Assembly: GCA_002746135.1 (NCBI GenBank)
Contig: NVWE01000003.1
Span: 168,065 to 227,646 of the forward strand
DNA from: Cellvibrionales bacterium
GTDB lineage: Bacteria; Pseudomonadota; Gammaproteobacteria; Pseudomonadales; Porticoccaceae
Direction: 5' to 3'
Length of the DNA: 59,582 nucleotides
Below are positions 28,348 to 37,088 of the stretch, piece after piece (within the stretch, counting starts at the first letter, position 1; every line of letters starts with the position of its first letter). A model generated the notes under the pieces. That model ran no database searches. It saw nothing but the letters and a program-made list of their open reading frames with translations, and was not told the DNA's origin. Made by a program: the position numbers and the translations under genes.

Positions 28348-29526
28348 TCAATGACGAGTGGCAGCAGCGGCTTTGGTTTTACCTTTGGTTTTTAAAAAGT
28401 CCGCCTGGGCTATGCCCATAGCACTACAGGCGGCAATTTCATCGGCGCTGAGCGTGTCTTTATCGTCACCGGCGGCGGGTTTCTTGCCCTTGCTTTGCTG
28501 GCCTGTCAGGGCGGCAATAGGCGCAGAGTTATCGATATACGCGGTGAGGGCCGCAATGTCGGATTTCGCCAGGTTCTCGGCCCAGCCTTTTTGCGCCTCT
28601 AATAAACGGCCATCGGCCAGGGCGTCGGCAATCAAGGTATCGGCACCGCTGGTTTGCACCTGCGTACTGAGGGCTGCGACTTTGTCTTGCAGTTCTCGCA
28701 TCACCGCTACGCTGACAAATTTGGCAGGGTCGGGAGCGCTTTTAAGTGATAGCGCGGAGCAGGCAGAGACCAGGCTTGCGGCGTCAGCGTCGGCAGGCTG
28801 GCCAAGGGCGGCGCGCAAGGGCACCAGGGGGTCGTTAGATGCCTTATCAACAAAGGCGGTGAGTGCGGCAATGGCATTGTCCTGACTTGCGTTAGCGGCC
28901 AGGCCTAAAGTGGCAAAGAGTAAGGCGAGTAATTCTTTCATAGTGCTCTCCGGGGGGTTGTCGAGTGAGATGTTGTCGAGTGAGGTGTTAGATTTGGCGT
29001 GTTGGTGGTTAAAGCTGGCTGCGGCGAGCAGATCGAGCTTTTCCATGCCATCAATGCCAGCGGTGTTGGTTAGCGCGCCCATTTCAAGGCCGGTAACCAC
29101 ACCTGTGGTGGGGTGGTAGCGAATGACGGGGGAAAAATAGAGGTACTCGCCACCGGCGATATAAGCTCGCGCACGGGCGGTTAATTCAACGCGAGCAAAC
29201 AAGCCCTTGCCTTCGCGCCACTCCAGCGTTTCAAACCAGCCTGCAGCGGGTGCGGGCTGACCGTTTTCTTCGCGCAGTAGCGTTTGGTGTTCGTAGTCAA
29301 CCACCATGCGATTAGCACGGGCGTTGAAATCGGTAATGATTTTGCCTGCCGACAAGGCATCGATATGCCAGTGGTCGACGGGGATATCGCGGCCATCGCT
29401 GGGCTGAAAATCGCCGGTGGGGGTCACCTGTATCCAGATCGCGTTGTCGGCACTGTCCCTGCCGAGATTGACAGCAAAGCTGCAAGCGGCAACGGCGATG
29501 GCGAGAGACTGTTTGGCGAATTTCAT
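28348..29526 (-). CDS. head maturation protease / scaffold (Mu gpI-like)
   Basis: 392 aa. N-terminal WIQVTPTGDFQPSDGR...VVDYEHQTL is typical of Mu I protease, and the C-terminal half is Ala-rich and scaffold-like. Confidence 0.75.
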   Translation of the reverse strand: MKFAKQSLAIAVAACSFAVNLGRDSADNAIWIQVTPTGDFQPSDGRDIPVDHWHIDALSAGKIITDFNARANRMVVDYEHQTLLREENGQPAPAAGWFETLEWREGKGLFARVELTARARAYIAGGEYLYFSPVIRYHPTTGVVTGLEMGALTNTAGIDGMEKLDLLAAASFNHQHAKSNTSLDNISLDNPPESTMKELLALLFATLGLAANASQDNAIAALTAFVDKASNDPLVPLRAALGQPADADAASLVSACSALSLKSAPDPAKFVSVAVMRELQDKVAALSTQVQTSGADTLIADALADGRLLEAQKGWAENLAKSDIAALTAYIDNSAPIAALTGQQSKGKKPAAGDDKDTLSADEIAACSAMGIAQADFLKTKGKTKAAAATRH

Positions 29527-29828
29527 GGCATCACTGTGCCGCGATGCTAGCGCCGGGTCTTTTGCCCCGGTTCAAAAAATATTGGGCTGGTCTGCTGGTG
29601 AGAACGGCGGTGAGAACGAAATACTGACAAGGCGCGGAACACCCCAAAAAACCATGCCCCGCCTGTTTTGCGAAGAAACCCCCAGCACAAGGGTGGCAAA
29701 GTATCTTTATAAAGCTTTATAAAGCCGTGCTGCGGCTTTTGTGGCCACGGGTAGCAACCTTGTTAGCGGCAAAACCCCTAAAGCGGCTCACAGGGGCGCT
29801 CAGGGGCTTTGCAAAAAAAAATCGCGGG
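29527..29828 (-). promoter_or_regulatory. 302-bp non-coding G-I intergenic region: terminator-like hairpins plus a likely late (P_I-type) promoter region
   Basis: A9 run 29813-29821 (T9 on the coding strand, right after the G stop). Hairpin aaagccg/cggcttt at 29721-29739. Tandem ctttataaag x2 at 29705-29724. Direct repeat ggtgagaacg x2 at 29597-29606 and 29609-29618. Confidence 0.45.
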
Positions 29829-30392
29829 TTAGCGTTTCGCCAGGGCTTTTTGCAGGTAGCGCTGGGTCTTTAGCAATATTTGCTGGTTATCTTTCTTGCT
29901 GGTACCCAACCAGGGCCGTGCGGGCATGGTAATGCTGTGGGCACCCACGTTGACCTGCTGGGCAAAATTGCTGCTGGCTTTTTTGACGAAGCGATTGCCT
30001 ACCCCGGCTTTGGTGCGTTTAAAAAACACCTCCCGTTGTGCCGCGCTTTTTTTAATATCACCACCAAAGTGATGGATGGCGCCATAAACGCGATCGGTGC
30101 CGAACTCCAGCCCGGCATCGTCGTACTGGCCACGCAGGGTATTGCGCAGGTGGCCACGCAGGTGGAGTATTTTGTTGCGATTTTTGTGCTTGCGCTTGAG
30201 ATAGCGCGGGCTTAATGCCTGCCAGGCTTTATTGTCGGGCGAACGCTGGGCGATAAAGCGGTTGCGATGGGCGCGATGCAGGTATTCGATAATAATTTGG
30301 AACAGCGGCGCAGGATTGCCCAGTTCGTGCACAACCTGGCCAATGGCGCTGCGCACCTCGGCTGAATCAATTTCAAAACTGGCACCGGCCAT
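29829..30392 (-). CDS. virion morphogenesis protein (Mu gpG-like)
   Basis: 187 aa. RGHLRNTLRGQ...YGAIHHFGG...MPARPWLG is typical of the Mu G / tail-S family. Confidence 0.75.
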   Translation of the reverse strand: MAGASFEIDSAEVRSAIGQVVHELGNPAPLFQIIIEYLHRAHRNRFIAQRSPDNKAWQALSPRYLKRKHKNRNKILHLRGHLRNTLRGQYDDAGLEFGTDRVYGAIHHFGGDIKKSAAQREVFFKRTKAGVGNRFVKKASSNFAQQVNVGAHSITMPARPWLGTSKKDNQQILLKTQRYLQKALAKR

Positions 30393-30492
30393 GGCGGCCT
30401 CCTGTTATTCGCTCTATACTGTGTGTAGCTGTCGTGTACGTGCCTCTGGCAAGCGCGGATTAACTTCTGTGCACGGGCCTCCAAAGACGACA

Positions 30493-30519
30493 GTGCCGCA
30501 GGGGCGCAGCTTGCGGCAC
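30493..30519 (-). terminator. hairpin terminator candidate downstream of the 97-aa moron gene
   Basis: Minus strand GTGCCGCA-11 nt-TGCGGCAC (8-bp perfect stem) followed by tgtcgtctttgg. Confidence 0.5.
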
Positions 30520-30539
30520 CCTTATCCGTCAAACGTTTG

Positions 30540-30833
30540 CTATCCCCGCACCTTGCCTATCGATTTCCATTGCGCCTCGCCTATCCATTTCACTTCATAG
30601 CCGTCCTTATACGCATAGTTGATTTTATTTGCCTGATCAGCATCCAGAGCACGCCAACGGGGGCTCCATAAATCTGGTACGTCAGCAATAGTTATCTCGG
30701 AGTCTATGCCCTCGGCATTACACGTGCCCGCAATAAAAACGCCGTGCTTTTTACAGACCTCTCTCAGATCATCAATGACGGCCTGGTATCGCTGTTCATT
30801 GATCTCTCTTACAAAATCGTCTTCTTTGCTCAT
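30540..30833 (-). CDS. hypothetical acidic 97-aa protein (moron between MuF and G)
   Basis: ATG start. Visibly AT-richer than the flanking head genes, with its own upstream spacer and downstream hairpin. Confidence 0.5.
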   Translation of the reverse strand: MSKEDDFVREINEQRYQAVIDDLREVCKKHGVFIAGTCNAEGIDSEITIADVPDLWSPRWRALDADQANKINYAYKDGYEVKWIGEAQWKSIGKVRG

Positions 30834-30895
30834 GTTTTCATACCCAATAATGACCTAATCATAGGTTTGCATTTTAGCGGCATTCACCTATCGAG

Positions 30896-32143
30896 TCATT
30901 CCTCCCGCCGGTACAACCTGACACCAATACGCGCATCTTCTAGCACTGACACTTCTGGCGCGAAAGTGGTAATGCCCGACCAGCCGTCAGTACCCCACTC
31001 AAAGACGGCCATCGTTGGCACATCCTGTCCCGGCAATTCAAACTGCGCGATATAGCGCCTGCGTACCACGGTTTTTTTCTGTTTAAACTGATACTCCATA
31101 CGCACCCAGATTTCGTCGGGGTCGAGCAGTGCCTCGGCCAGCACAGACATTAGCGGACCACGGTCGCGCTTGTTGGCTTTCAGCAGGCCACTTCGCCTGT
31201 CTAAAAACAGGTTTCTACCCACGGCAACAGCCTCGCCGATAACATCGATATGCACCACCGGTTGCTCCAGCGTTGCGCCAAAAGGTTCGAGGAAGGCCTG
31301 GGCATAAGCCTCATCGCTGAGATTATCGGGCAGCAACTTATCGGCACCCAGGCTGCGCGGTGCGGGCAGCGGGTCAACGGGTCGGGTATTGGGCAAGCCG
31401 GGGCCGCCGGTCGCGCCAGTGATGGGCGGATTCGGCAGCTCTGGCGGTATCGCACCCTCTAGCCGCGAGCGCCCGGGGGTATGCTCAAAACCGGGGTCAA
31501 TGCCTTTGGGCACGGTGACTTCGCGGGGGCCGTTGAGGCTGCGCTGGCCGATTGTGTGGGTCTCTAGTTCCAGCGGCGGGGCTTTGTCTGGCGCTGTTTT
31601 GCCCAGGGCAGCGAGATCGTCTTCGGTCAAACCACTCAGTGAGCACTGGCAACCCCAGGCATTGATAGGGGTATGGGTTTGCAACCAGGGATCGTCGGCA
31701 CGCAGTATTAAACCGTCCCAGGCGAGGTGTTCAGCCCGTGGGTTTTCAGAGCCGCTGTGGTGGTACTGCCTATACGGCAGGGCATCACCGGCCGCCTCTA
31801 GCTGTTCAAAGCGTCCGGCGTTGTAGCTGCTGAATAGATTAGTTTCGTAAATGGTGCGGCTGCGCCAACTGCGCCCGCCGTTGTAGTCCCAGCCATGGGC
31901 GGCAACGATGTTGTCAAAGTCTTTGCGGAAGCCTTCCAGCGTTTCACCCTCGGCAATCACCTTTTCAATAGCGCTGCGAAAGTCGGCAACGATGGCATTG
32001 CGATTGGCACCGGCCACGGTGAATGCATAGTCGCGTTCCGCGCCGTAGATGTCCGTCCAGCTATCCGTGGGGATATTGACCTTGCGGCGCAGGAATTCAA
32101 TTTGTTCGGCAAATGGCAGGGAGCCGTAGCTGGTGTTTGGCAT
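30896..32143 (-). CDS. head morphogenesis protein (Mu F / SPP1 gp7 family)
   Basis: 415 aa from ATG 32143; the track ORF extends to 32191. YRQYHHSGSENPRAEHLAWDGLIL...PINAWGCQCS is the gp7/MuF motif. The chosen start is supported by a duplicated copy of the same 5' end at 32651-32707. Confidence 0.8.
   Translation of the reverse strand: MPNTSYGSLPFAEQIEFLRRKVNIPTDSWTDIYGAERDYAFTVAGANRNAIVADFRSAIEKVIAEGETLEGFRKDFDNIVAAHGWDYNGGRSWRSRTIYETNLFSSYNAGRFEQLEAAGDALPYRQYHHSGSENPRAEHLAWDGLILRADDPWLQTHTPINAWGCQCSLSGLTEDDLAALGKTAPDKAPPLELETHTIGQRSLNGPREVTVPKGIDPGFEHTPGRSRLEGAIPPELPNPPITGATGGPGLPNTRPVDPLPAPRSLGADKLLPDNLSDEAYAQAFLEPFGATLEQPVVHIDVIGEAVAVGRNLFLDRRSGLLKANKRDRGPLMSVLAEALLDPDEIWVRMEYQFKQKKTVVRRRYIAQFELPGQDVPTMAVFEWGTDGWSGITTFAPEVSVLEDARIGVRLYRREE
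32087..32143. repeat. 57-bp direct repeat, copy A (functional 5' end of the MuF gene)
   Basis: gcgcaggaattcAatttgttcggcaaatggcagGgagccgtagctggtgtttggcat is 55/57 identical to 32651-32707. Confidence 0.95.
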
Positions 32144-32144
32144 T

Positions 32145-32414
32145 TTATTTTTGCTCGATACCCTGCTGCTCTCTCGCCTGCCAGACCGCACCCAAAACCT
32201 CGGCTACAATCAAGGCGCGCTGAGAGTAGCGACGATCTTCGCACCGGGGATAATAAAAACAGACTTCATATTTCTGCAGATCATAATCCCACTCGACAGC
32301 AAGACCGCTATAGCCATCACTATTTCTTACGCCCGTATTGACCTTGCATTGCTGTCCACTGAGTGCCTCACGAACCTCCTCTGCCGCTTCTAAAACATCG
32401 TTGCAAATATTCAT
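32145..32414 (-). CDS. hypothetical acidic 89-aa protein (cassette gene 2)
   Basis: Its ATG overlaps the stop of the upstream 53-aa ORF (ATGA). Its stop TAA lies 1 nt before the MuF ATG. Confidence 0.5.
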   Translation of the reverse strand: MNICNDVLEAAEEVREALSGQQCKVNTGVRNSDGYSGLAVEWDYDLQKYEVCFYYPRCEDRRYSQRALIVAEVLGAVWQAREQQGIEQK

Positions 32415-32572
32415 TTTCTAGCTTCTCGCTTTTTTTTCAGCATTTCACGGATTTGGGGCTTTAACCAAAGCTCTTCTTTTGACGAAACCCATATGCCCCG
32501 CATTTCTTTTTGCCCCTGGTCGGCCCTACGTTTTCGCAGAGCTGCAGACTTTTCTTTGCTTGATAACGGCAT
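32411..32572 (-). CDS. small basic 53-aa protein, possibly ribbon-helix-helix-like (cassette gene 1); not in the ORF track
   Basis: My translation: MPLSSKEKSAALRKRRADQGQKEMRGIWVSSKEELWLKPQIREMLKKKREARK. SD aggaa upstream of ATG 32572. Confidence 0.45.
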   Translation of the reverse strand: MPLSSKEKSAALRKRRADQGQKEMRGIWVSSKEELWLKPQIREMLKKKREARK

Positions 32573-32617
32573 TTCCTATTCCTGCCAATATTGAAGACGC
32601 TCTATTCTAGCGCTCAA

Positions 32618-32707
32618 TCAATCATACCGGAGTTGCGCGCAACCGCAAGGGCGCAGGAATTCGATTTGTTCGGCAAATGGCAGTGAGCCGTAGCTGGTGT
32701 TTGGCAT
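32618..32707 (-). pseudogene. duplicated 5' remnant of the MuF gene (19 MuF codons, then out-of-context sequence and a stop)
   Basis: Reads MPNTSYGSLPFAEQIEFLR then PCGCAQLRYD*. Its ATG overlaps the TAA of the upstream 68-aa gene (TAATG). Confidence 0.6.
32651..32707. repeat. 57-bp direct repeat, copy B
   Basis: 55/57 identical to 32087-32143. Confidence 0.95.
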
Positions 32708-32913
32708 TACTTACACCAGACACTAGAGCGCTGTCTGCCTGTTAAGTCGACCCACTTCAACTGTATTGAGGACGGAGACTCTTTACCCGGGTCAAACCAG
32801 ACATTAACGATTTCAAAATTTCCGGCATGTTTGGCCTCGCACAACGAGGCCTTATCCTCGGATTCGTAAATCGCTTCGCATTTTTCGCATTGATAAGCGC
32901 TAATAGGTTTCAT
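32707..32913 (-). CDS. small zinc-ribbon-like protein (68 aa)
   Basis: CEKCEAIYESEDKASLCEAKH (CxxC...C..H). AT-richer than the backbone. Confidence 0.45.
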   Translation of the reverse strand: MKPISAYQCEKCEAIYESEDKASLCEAKHAGNFEIVNVWFDPGKESPSSIQLKWVDLTGRQRSSVWCK

Positions 32914-33056
32914 AGTGTTCTCGCGTTTCTAGCCTTACATTTCTACCCACAAAGCGCTGGCCCTGTCGTGTGATAAAACCGCCAGGCACAGGCTTTGGCT
33001 GCTGCACAAGATAGGTAGCTCGGTTGCCGTGTACCACCACCCATTTAAATCGTTTA

Positions 33057-33239
33057 CTAATCAATTGATTTCTCCTTGCTCGGTGTTACTTTCTTAATCT
33101 TTGTACATTCAAAAACAGTGTCGCCAACAAAAAACTTACCCAGCCTTTCGCATTCATCTGCAACGGTGATGTGGGCATGCCGCCAGCCACCGAGCCAACC
33201 GATTAGAAACGCCAACAAGACCCAGAAAAGCAACTTCAC
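33057..33239 (-). CDS. small membrane protein (60 aa)
   Basis: GTG start overlapping the portal stop (GTGA). TM segment LLFWVLLAFLIGWLGGW. Confidence 0.4.
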   Translation of the reverse strand: MKLLFWVLLAFLIGWLGGWRHAHITVADECERLGKFFVGDTVFECTKIKKVTPSKEKSID

Positions 33240-34843
33240 CGCAACCTTTCGCTTTCATCGAACACTTCATTGCGCCCCGCCAAATTCGCGGTCGCGAGGC
33301 CGTCACGCATGGCGGCGGCGTAGTCGTCTAGGGTCATGGCTGGGTACAGCTCTAGCAGGCGATCGCGCAGTTCGTCGAGGCTGCTCACCTGGTGGGCGAG
33401 TTCGCGCACGGCGTTGATCCACTGGTCGATGGGCTGACTGAGGTTGTCGGCGAGCTGGTCGAGCATTTGCTGGGGTGGCTGGGGATCTGCGGTTTTTTGT
33501 TTTAAGGGCCTCAACACTGCGTTCAGTGTTGCCTGCTGTTCGTCGGCAATCGGCAAGGGCTTGGGGGCTGCAGGCGCTGCGGGTGGCATGAGAATATCCT
33601 CACCCTCTTCCGGCTCGGGAATGCCCACTTTCTCCTGTGCCCATTGGCGGCCAATGCGATAGCCCATGGCCACCAGTTTGGGCAGGGCTTCGGCGTGGGC
33701 GCTGAGGTCTTCGGGCTGGCTGACGTCAAACTGATAGCGCGGGCAGCGCCGCCAGTCGGCAGTGAGTCCGTTTAAAATAGCGATGGGGTAAATCAGGTCG
33801 CGGCTAATGGTGTTGGCCACTTGCCGGGCGTCGGCGTCGCGCAGGTCAATGCGGCATTCGTTATGTACATTGCCCAGGGCGTTGGTGTTGGTGCCCGCAC
33901 CGCTGTCGCTGGTGAGGGTGCCGCCCAGTATGGCTTTGCTTTGGGTGCGCTCTGCCCACGAAATCATCGCGTTGTAGGCATCGGGGTCGCCAGTAGTGGC
34001 GTTGTGAAAATCGACTTCCATACCAGCCGGAATAATACCGGCGGCGTTGTGGCCGATTTGTGCCAGCGCGCGCAGCAGAGTCAGCTTTTCGTCATTGCTG
34101 GCACCGCCGGGGTATTTACCCAGACGCATGGGGATGCCGTAAATTTCTAGGAATTCAGCGAGATCACCCACCGAGTAATTTTTAAACAGGTAGGGCCAGA
34201 CCAGCACGCGGAACAGGGCCGAGCGCTCAAGGTAACCGCTTTTGGCTTTGTGCTTGTGCACGATCCAGCCGAAGGGGTTGAGGGGCTCGCCGCCCACGGG
34301 GCCACGCAGACGAAGGTGTTGCTCGGTGGTGTCGCGATAGGTCACGAACCAGCTTTGGGGCCGGTGGGTAATGCTGAGGGGCAGGCGTTCGCCCTGGGTG
34401 CGGCTCCAGCCGCCGAATTCGAGGCAGGCAAAGCCTTTGCCGATGGCGTCGGTAATATCAAACAGCACGTCGTCAAAATCGTCAATGGCGTGCAGTAGTT
34501 CGCCCAGCACGCGGGCGTTGTCTTTTTCTTTCTCGCTGGCATTGGGGGGCGGTACAACTTCACCCGGCAGGCTCAGCAAGGCTCGGCGGCGCTTGCCCAT
34601 CTCGGCATAAACGTGGCCATCTTTTTCTTCGATATCTTCGTACAGCTCAAACTGGGCCTGCATGTTGCCGCGCTCGGCTTCATCGAGAATAGTGGCCAGC
34701 TTTGAGGGCGTTAAACCCCGCGAGGGGTGGCCCTGAAATTCGTGGTGCAGGCCTAAGAGCTTTGCGGTTTGCGGCTCAGCCAGGGTGGCTTTGTCGATTT
34801 TCATGGGCTTACCATCGAGCCCCAATATAGATGTCATCACCAT
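33236..34843 (-). CDS. portal protein (Mu gp29 / DUF935-like)
   Basis: 535 aa, overlapping the end of TerL. Size and position match a Mu-type portal. Confidence 0.8.
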   Translation of the reverse strand: MVMTSILGLDGKPMKIDKATLAEPQTAKLLGLHHEFQGHPSRGLTPSKLATILDEAERGNMQAQFELYEDIEEKDGHVYAEMGKRRRALLSLPGEVVPPPNASEKEKDNARVLGELLHAIDDFDDVLFDITDAIGKGFACLEFGGWSRTQGERLPLSITHRPQSWFVTYRDTTEQHLRLRGPVGGEPLNPFGWIVHKHKAKSGYLERSALFRVLVWPYLFKNYSVGDLAEFLEIYGIPMRLGKYPGGASNDEKLTLLRALAQIGHNAAGIIPAGMEVDFHNATTGDPDAYNAMISWAERTQSKAILGGTLTSDSGAGTNTNALGNVHNECRIDLRDADARQVANTISRDLIYPIAILNGLTADWRRCPRYQFDVSQPEDLSAHAEALPKLVAMGYRIGRQWAQEKVGIPEPEEGEDILMPPAAPAAPKPLPIADEQQATLNAVLRPLKQKTADPQPPQQMLDQLADNLSQPIDQWINAVRELAHQVSSLDELRDRLLELYPAMTLDDYAAAMRDGLATANLAGRNEVFDESERLR

Positions 34844-36528
34844 GCGCTGGGCTCCATTAATAAGTTGTCGTCGTCATGGGCCTGCTGGTCGCCATGGCGG
34901 TCGGTGTTTGTCTGGTTGTCAAAACCACGGGGCTGTTTGGGGAGGGTCTGGAATTCGATCACCCCGCCCTCCATCCAGGTGGCGCGAATGGCCATGGCCA
35001 GAGCGACGGCTAAATCACCGTGGCGACGGGCTTTGCTGTCATTGGCTTCAAGGTCCTTCTGGCGGCCTTTGTCGATACAGGGAATGCCGTTTTCGACTTT
35101 GATATGCAGCAGGTCGTCCAGCACCGATTGATGGCGTGGCAGCTCTAAATTGAAGGCTTCAAACTCGCCCTTCATTTTTGGCATCCACTCGGCATACCAA
35201 CTGAGGTTTAGCGATATTTGGTCGACCATATTGGTGCCGTATTTAAGGGCAGCCTGCTCGGCCAGATAGCCACCATTGCCGGTGGCGTCGAAAGCGGCAC
35301 CGCTAAAGCGTGGCAGGCGGTCGATAATAAAATACATCACCTGGCGTTGTTGCTCGTAGGTGAGATTGCGCAGCTCTACGGTAAAGGGCACCCGCTTGCG
35401 CAGGGTGGGCGCAATGACCAGGGGCACGAATACGGTGAGGTCGCCACGGCGGGCGAAATCTTCACCAAACACATGGCGGTGATTTTTGTTGAGCTGGCTT
35501 AGCTCCTCGGCCAGATTTTCTTCACACCAGGCGTCGATCTCGGCTTCGCGCTGGGCTTGTGTCCAGCCTTCAAAACCTTCCGGGGCCTCGTAGCGCAGTA
35601 TGGGCAGGGAGTGGTCCACCACCATGGCCTGCTCGATGAGGATGCGCGACAGGTAGTTGCCGCCGGACTTTTTCGGCACGCAGCCGTACTCTTCATCGGC
35701 GCTTTCTTTGTTGGGGGCATTTTTGTAGAGATCGGCGCGCCACTTCTGTTCGGCCTCGGGTGACCAGGGCTGGGAGTTGACATAGCAAATGCGCTTGTAC
35801 AGGCCCTGGGCAATGGCGTCGTCAAGGGTAATGCGATGCAGGGAGTAGTCTTTGCGGCCCTCTTTGGCATCGTTAATGTACTGGTTAAAGGCGTTGTCGA
35901 CACCATTGTGGGTGCTGATCAGCCGCACTTTGTTGCCCCACATAGTCAGTGCTAGCGCGGCTTTTAGCAGCTCTTCAAGACTTTCGTGAAAGGCCGCCTC
36001 ATCAATAACCACGTCACCCTGCAGGCCTCGCAGGTTACTGGGTCGACTACTGAGCGCCTGAATCTTAAAACCCGTTTTCGGGAAGCGGATCATGTAGGCA
36101 AGAATTTCTTCTTTTTTGGCGCTATCCCAAAAGGTTTGCTCGTAGACATCGGCTTCGGCCAACTCGTTAAAGGCGCGGGCAAACAGGGCACAGGCGGCGA
36201 TGTATTCCAGCGCCATTTCCTGTTTTGAGCCTACGTAGAAGGTGTTGCAGCCCCGGCGACTGCGCGGCTTGGCGGCGTTGATAACATTGCGGCCTGCCTC
36301 TGCCCAGGTTAAACCGGTACGGCGGGATTTTTCTGCCATAACAATTTGCGATTCATCTTCAAACCAGCGTTGCTGGTAGGGCAAAAACACGGCCTCGCCA
36401 CCGGGCACGGCCTCGTCAACGTTCTGGGGCACCACCACGCCGTAGGTGGTCATCTCTGCCGCCAGATCAATTTTGCGTGGCTCGGAGGTGGCCTTCATGT
36501 TGGCGGTTGGTGGGCTTGAATCTGACAT
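34837..36528 (-). CDS. terminase large subunit (Mu gp28-like)
   Basis: 563 aa with Walker-A-like AEKSRRTGLTWA and a C-terminal nuclease-like half. Follows the DUF3486 gene. Confidence 0.85.
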   Translation of the reverse strand: MSDSSPPTANMKATSEPRKIDLAAEMTTYGVVVPQNVDEAVPGGEAVFLPYQQRWFEDESQIVMAEKSRRTGLTWAEAGRNVINAAKPRSRRGCNTFYVGSKQEMALEYIAACALFARAFNELAEADVYEQTFWDSAKKEEILAYMIRFPKTGFKIQALSSRPSNLRGLQGDVVIDEAAFHESLEELLKAALALTMWGNKVRLISTHNGVDNAFNQYINDAKEGRKDYSLHRITLDDAIAQGLYKRICYVNSQPWSPEAEQKWRADLYKNAPNKESADEEYGCVPKKSGGNYLSRILIEQAMVVDHSLPILRYEAPEGFEGWTQAQREAEIDAWCEENLAEELSQLNKNHRHVFGEDFARRGDLTVFVPLVIAPTLRKRVPFTVELRNLTYEQQRQVMYFIIDRLPRFSGAAFDATGNGGYLAEQAALKYGTNMVDQISLNLSWYAEWMPKMKGEFEAFNLELPRHQSVLDDLLHIKVENGIPCIDKGRQKDLEANDSKARRHGDLAVALAMAIRATWMEGGVIEFQTLPKQPRGFDNQTNTDRHGDQQAHDDDNLLMEPSAW

Positions 36529-36529
36529 A

Positions 36530-37087
36530 TCAGGACTTGCCCAGCAGTATGCCGCGAATACGGCCTTCGAGCTGCTCGCTCATGCCGTCACTGCCGAGGG
36601 CTTCTTCAAGGCGGGATTCCTGTTCTTTTAGCAAACGCGCACGGGCATCGGCTTCAACCTGGCGGCGTTCATCCATGCTCAACTTGCGGGCCTGAATCAC
36701 GTCTTTAGCCGCACGGGCCAACTTGCGCACATCGTCGATAGCCAGCTTGCTATCGGCGGCGTCTTGTTGCGCGGCAAAGGTGGCGTGGTTTACCAGGGTG
36801 GTGAGAGATTGCACCATTAGCGCACCGGCGCGGTCGTCAGGGTTTTCGCCCAGCTCCTGCACTAGCAGGCGGGACATGGTTTCTTGCTCGCGCATATTCG
36901 CGACCAGCTGGTCGAAGCCGACGCGGTAACGGCCCAGGGCGGAGCGGCTGGGCTTTTGCTCAGCGGGGAATTCGGTGTGCAGGTCGGTAATTAACTCATC
37001 GAGAGTGAGGCGATTTTCACGCAGGCGGCGCTCGATATGGGCGCGCACATCAGGCTGGAGTTTGTCGATAGTGGATTTACGGCCCAT
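36530..37087 (-). CDS. DUF3486 protein (terminase small subunit-like, Mu gp27 position)
   Basis: 185 aa. MGRKSTIDKLQPDVRAHIERRLRENRLTLDELI is typical of DUF3486. Confidence 0.65.
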   Translation of the reverse strand: MGRKSTIDKLQPDVRAHIERRLRENRLTLDELITDLHTEFPAEQKPSRSALGRYRVGFDQLVANMREQETMSRLLVQELGENPDDRAGALMVQSLTTLVNHATFAAQQDAADSKLAIDDVRKLARAAKDVIQARKLSMDERRQVEADARARLLKEQESRLEEALGSDGMSEQLEGRIRGILLGKS

Positions 37088-37088
37088 G

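Noticed and set aside
29572-29655. Small ORFs in the G-I gap as anti-CRISPR-like genes: a 27-aa ATG ORF and an overlapping 47-aa TTG ORF
   Set aside because: They are very short, with odd hydrophobic or repetitive translations, and they overlap the direct repeats and hairpins. A regulatory reading is more parsimonious.
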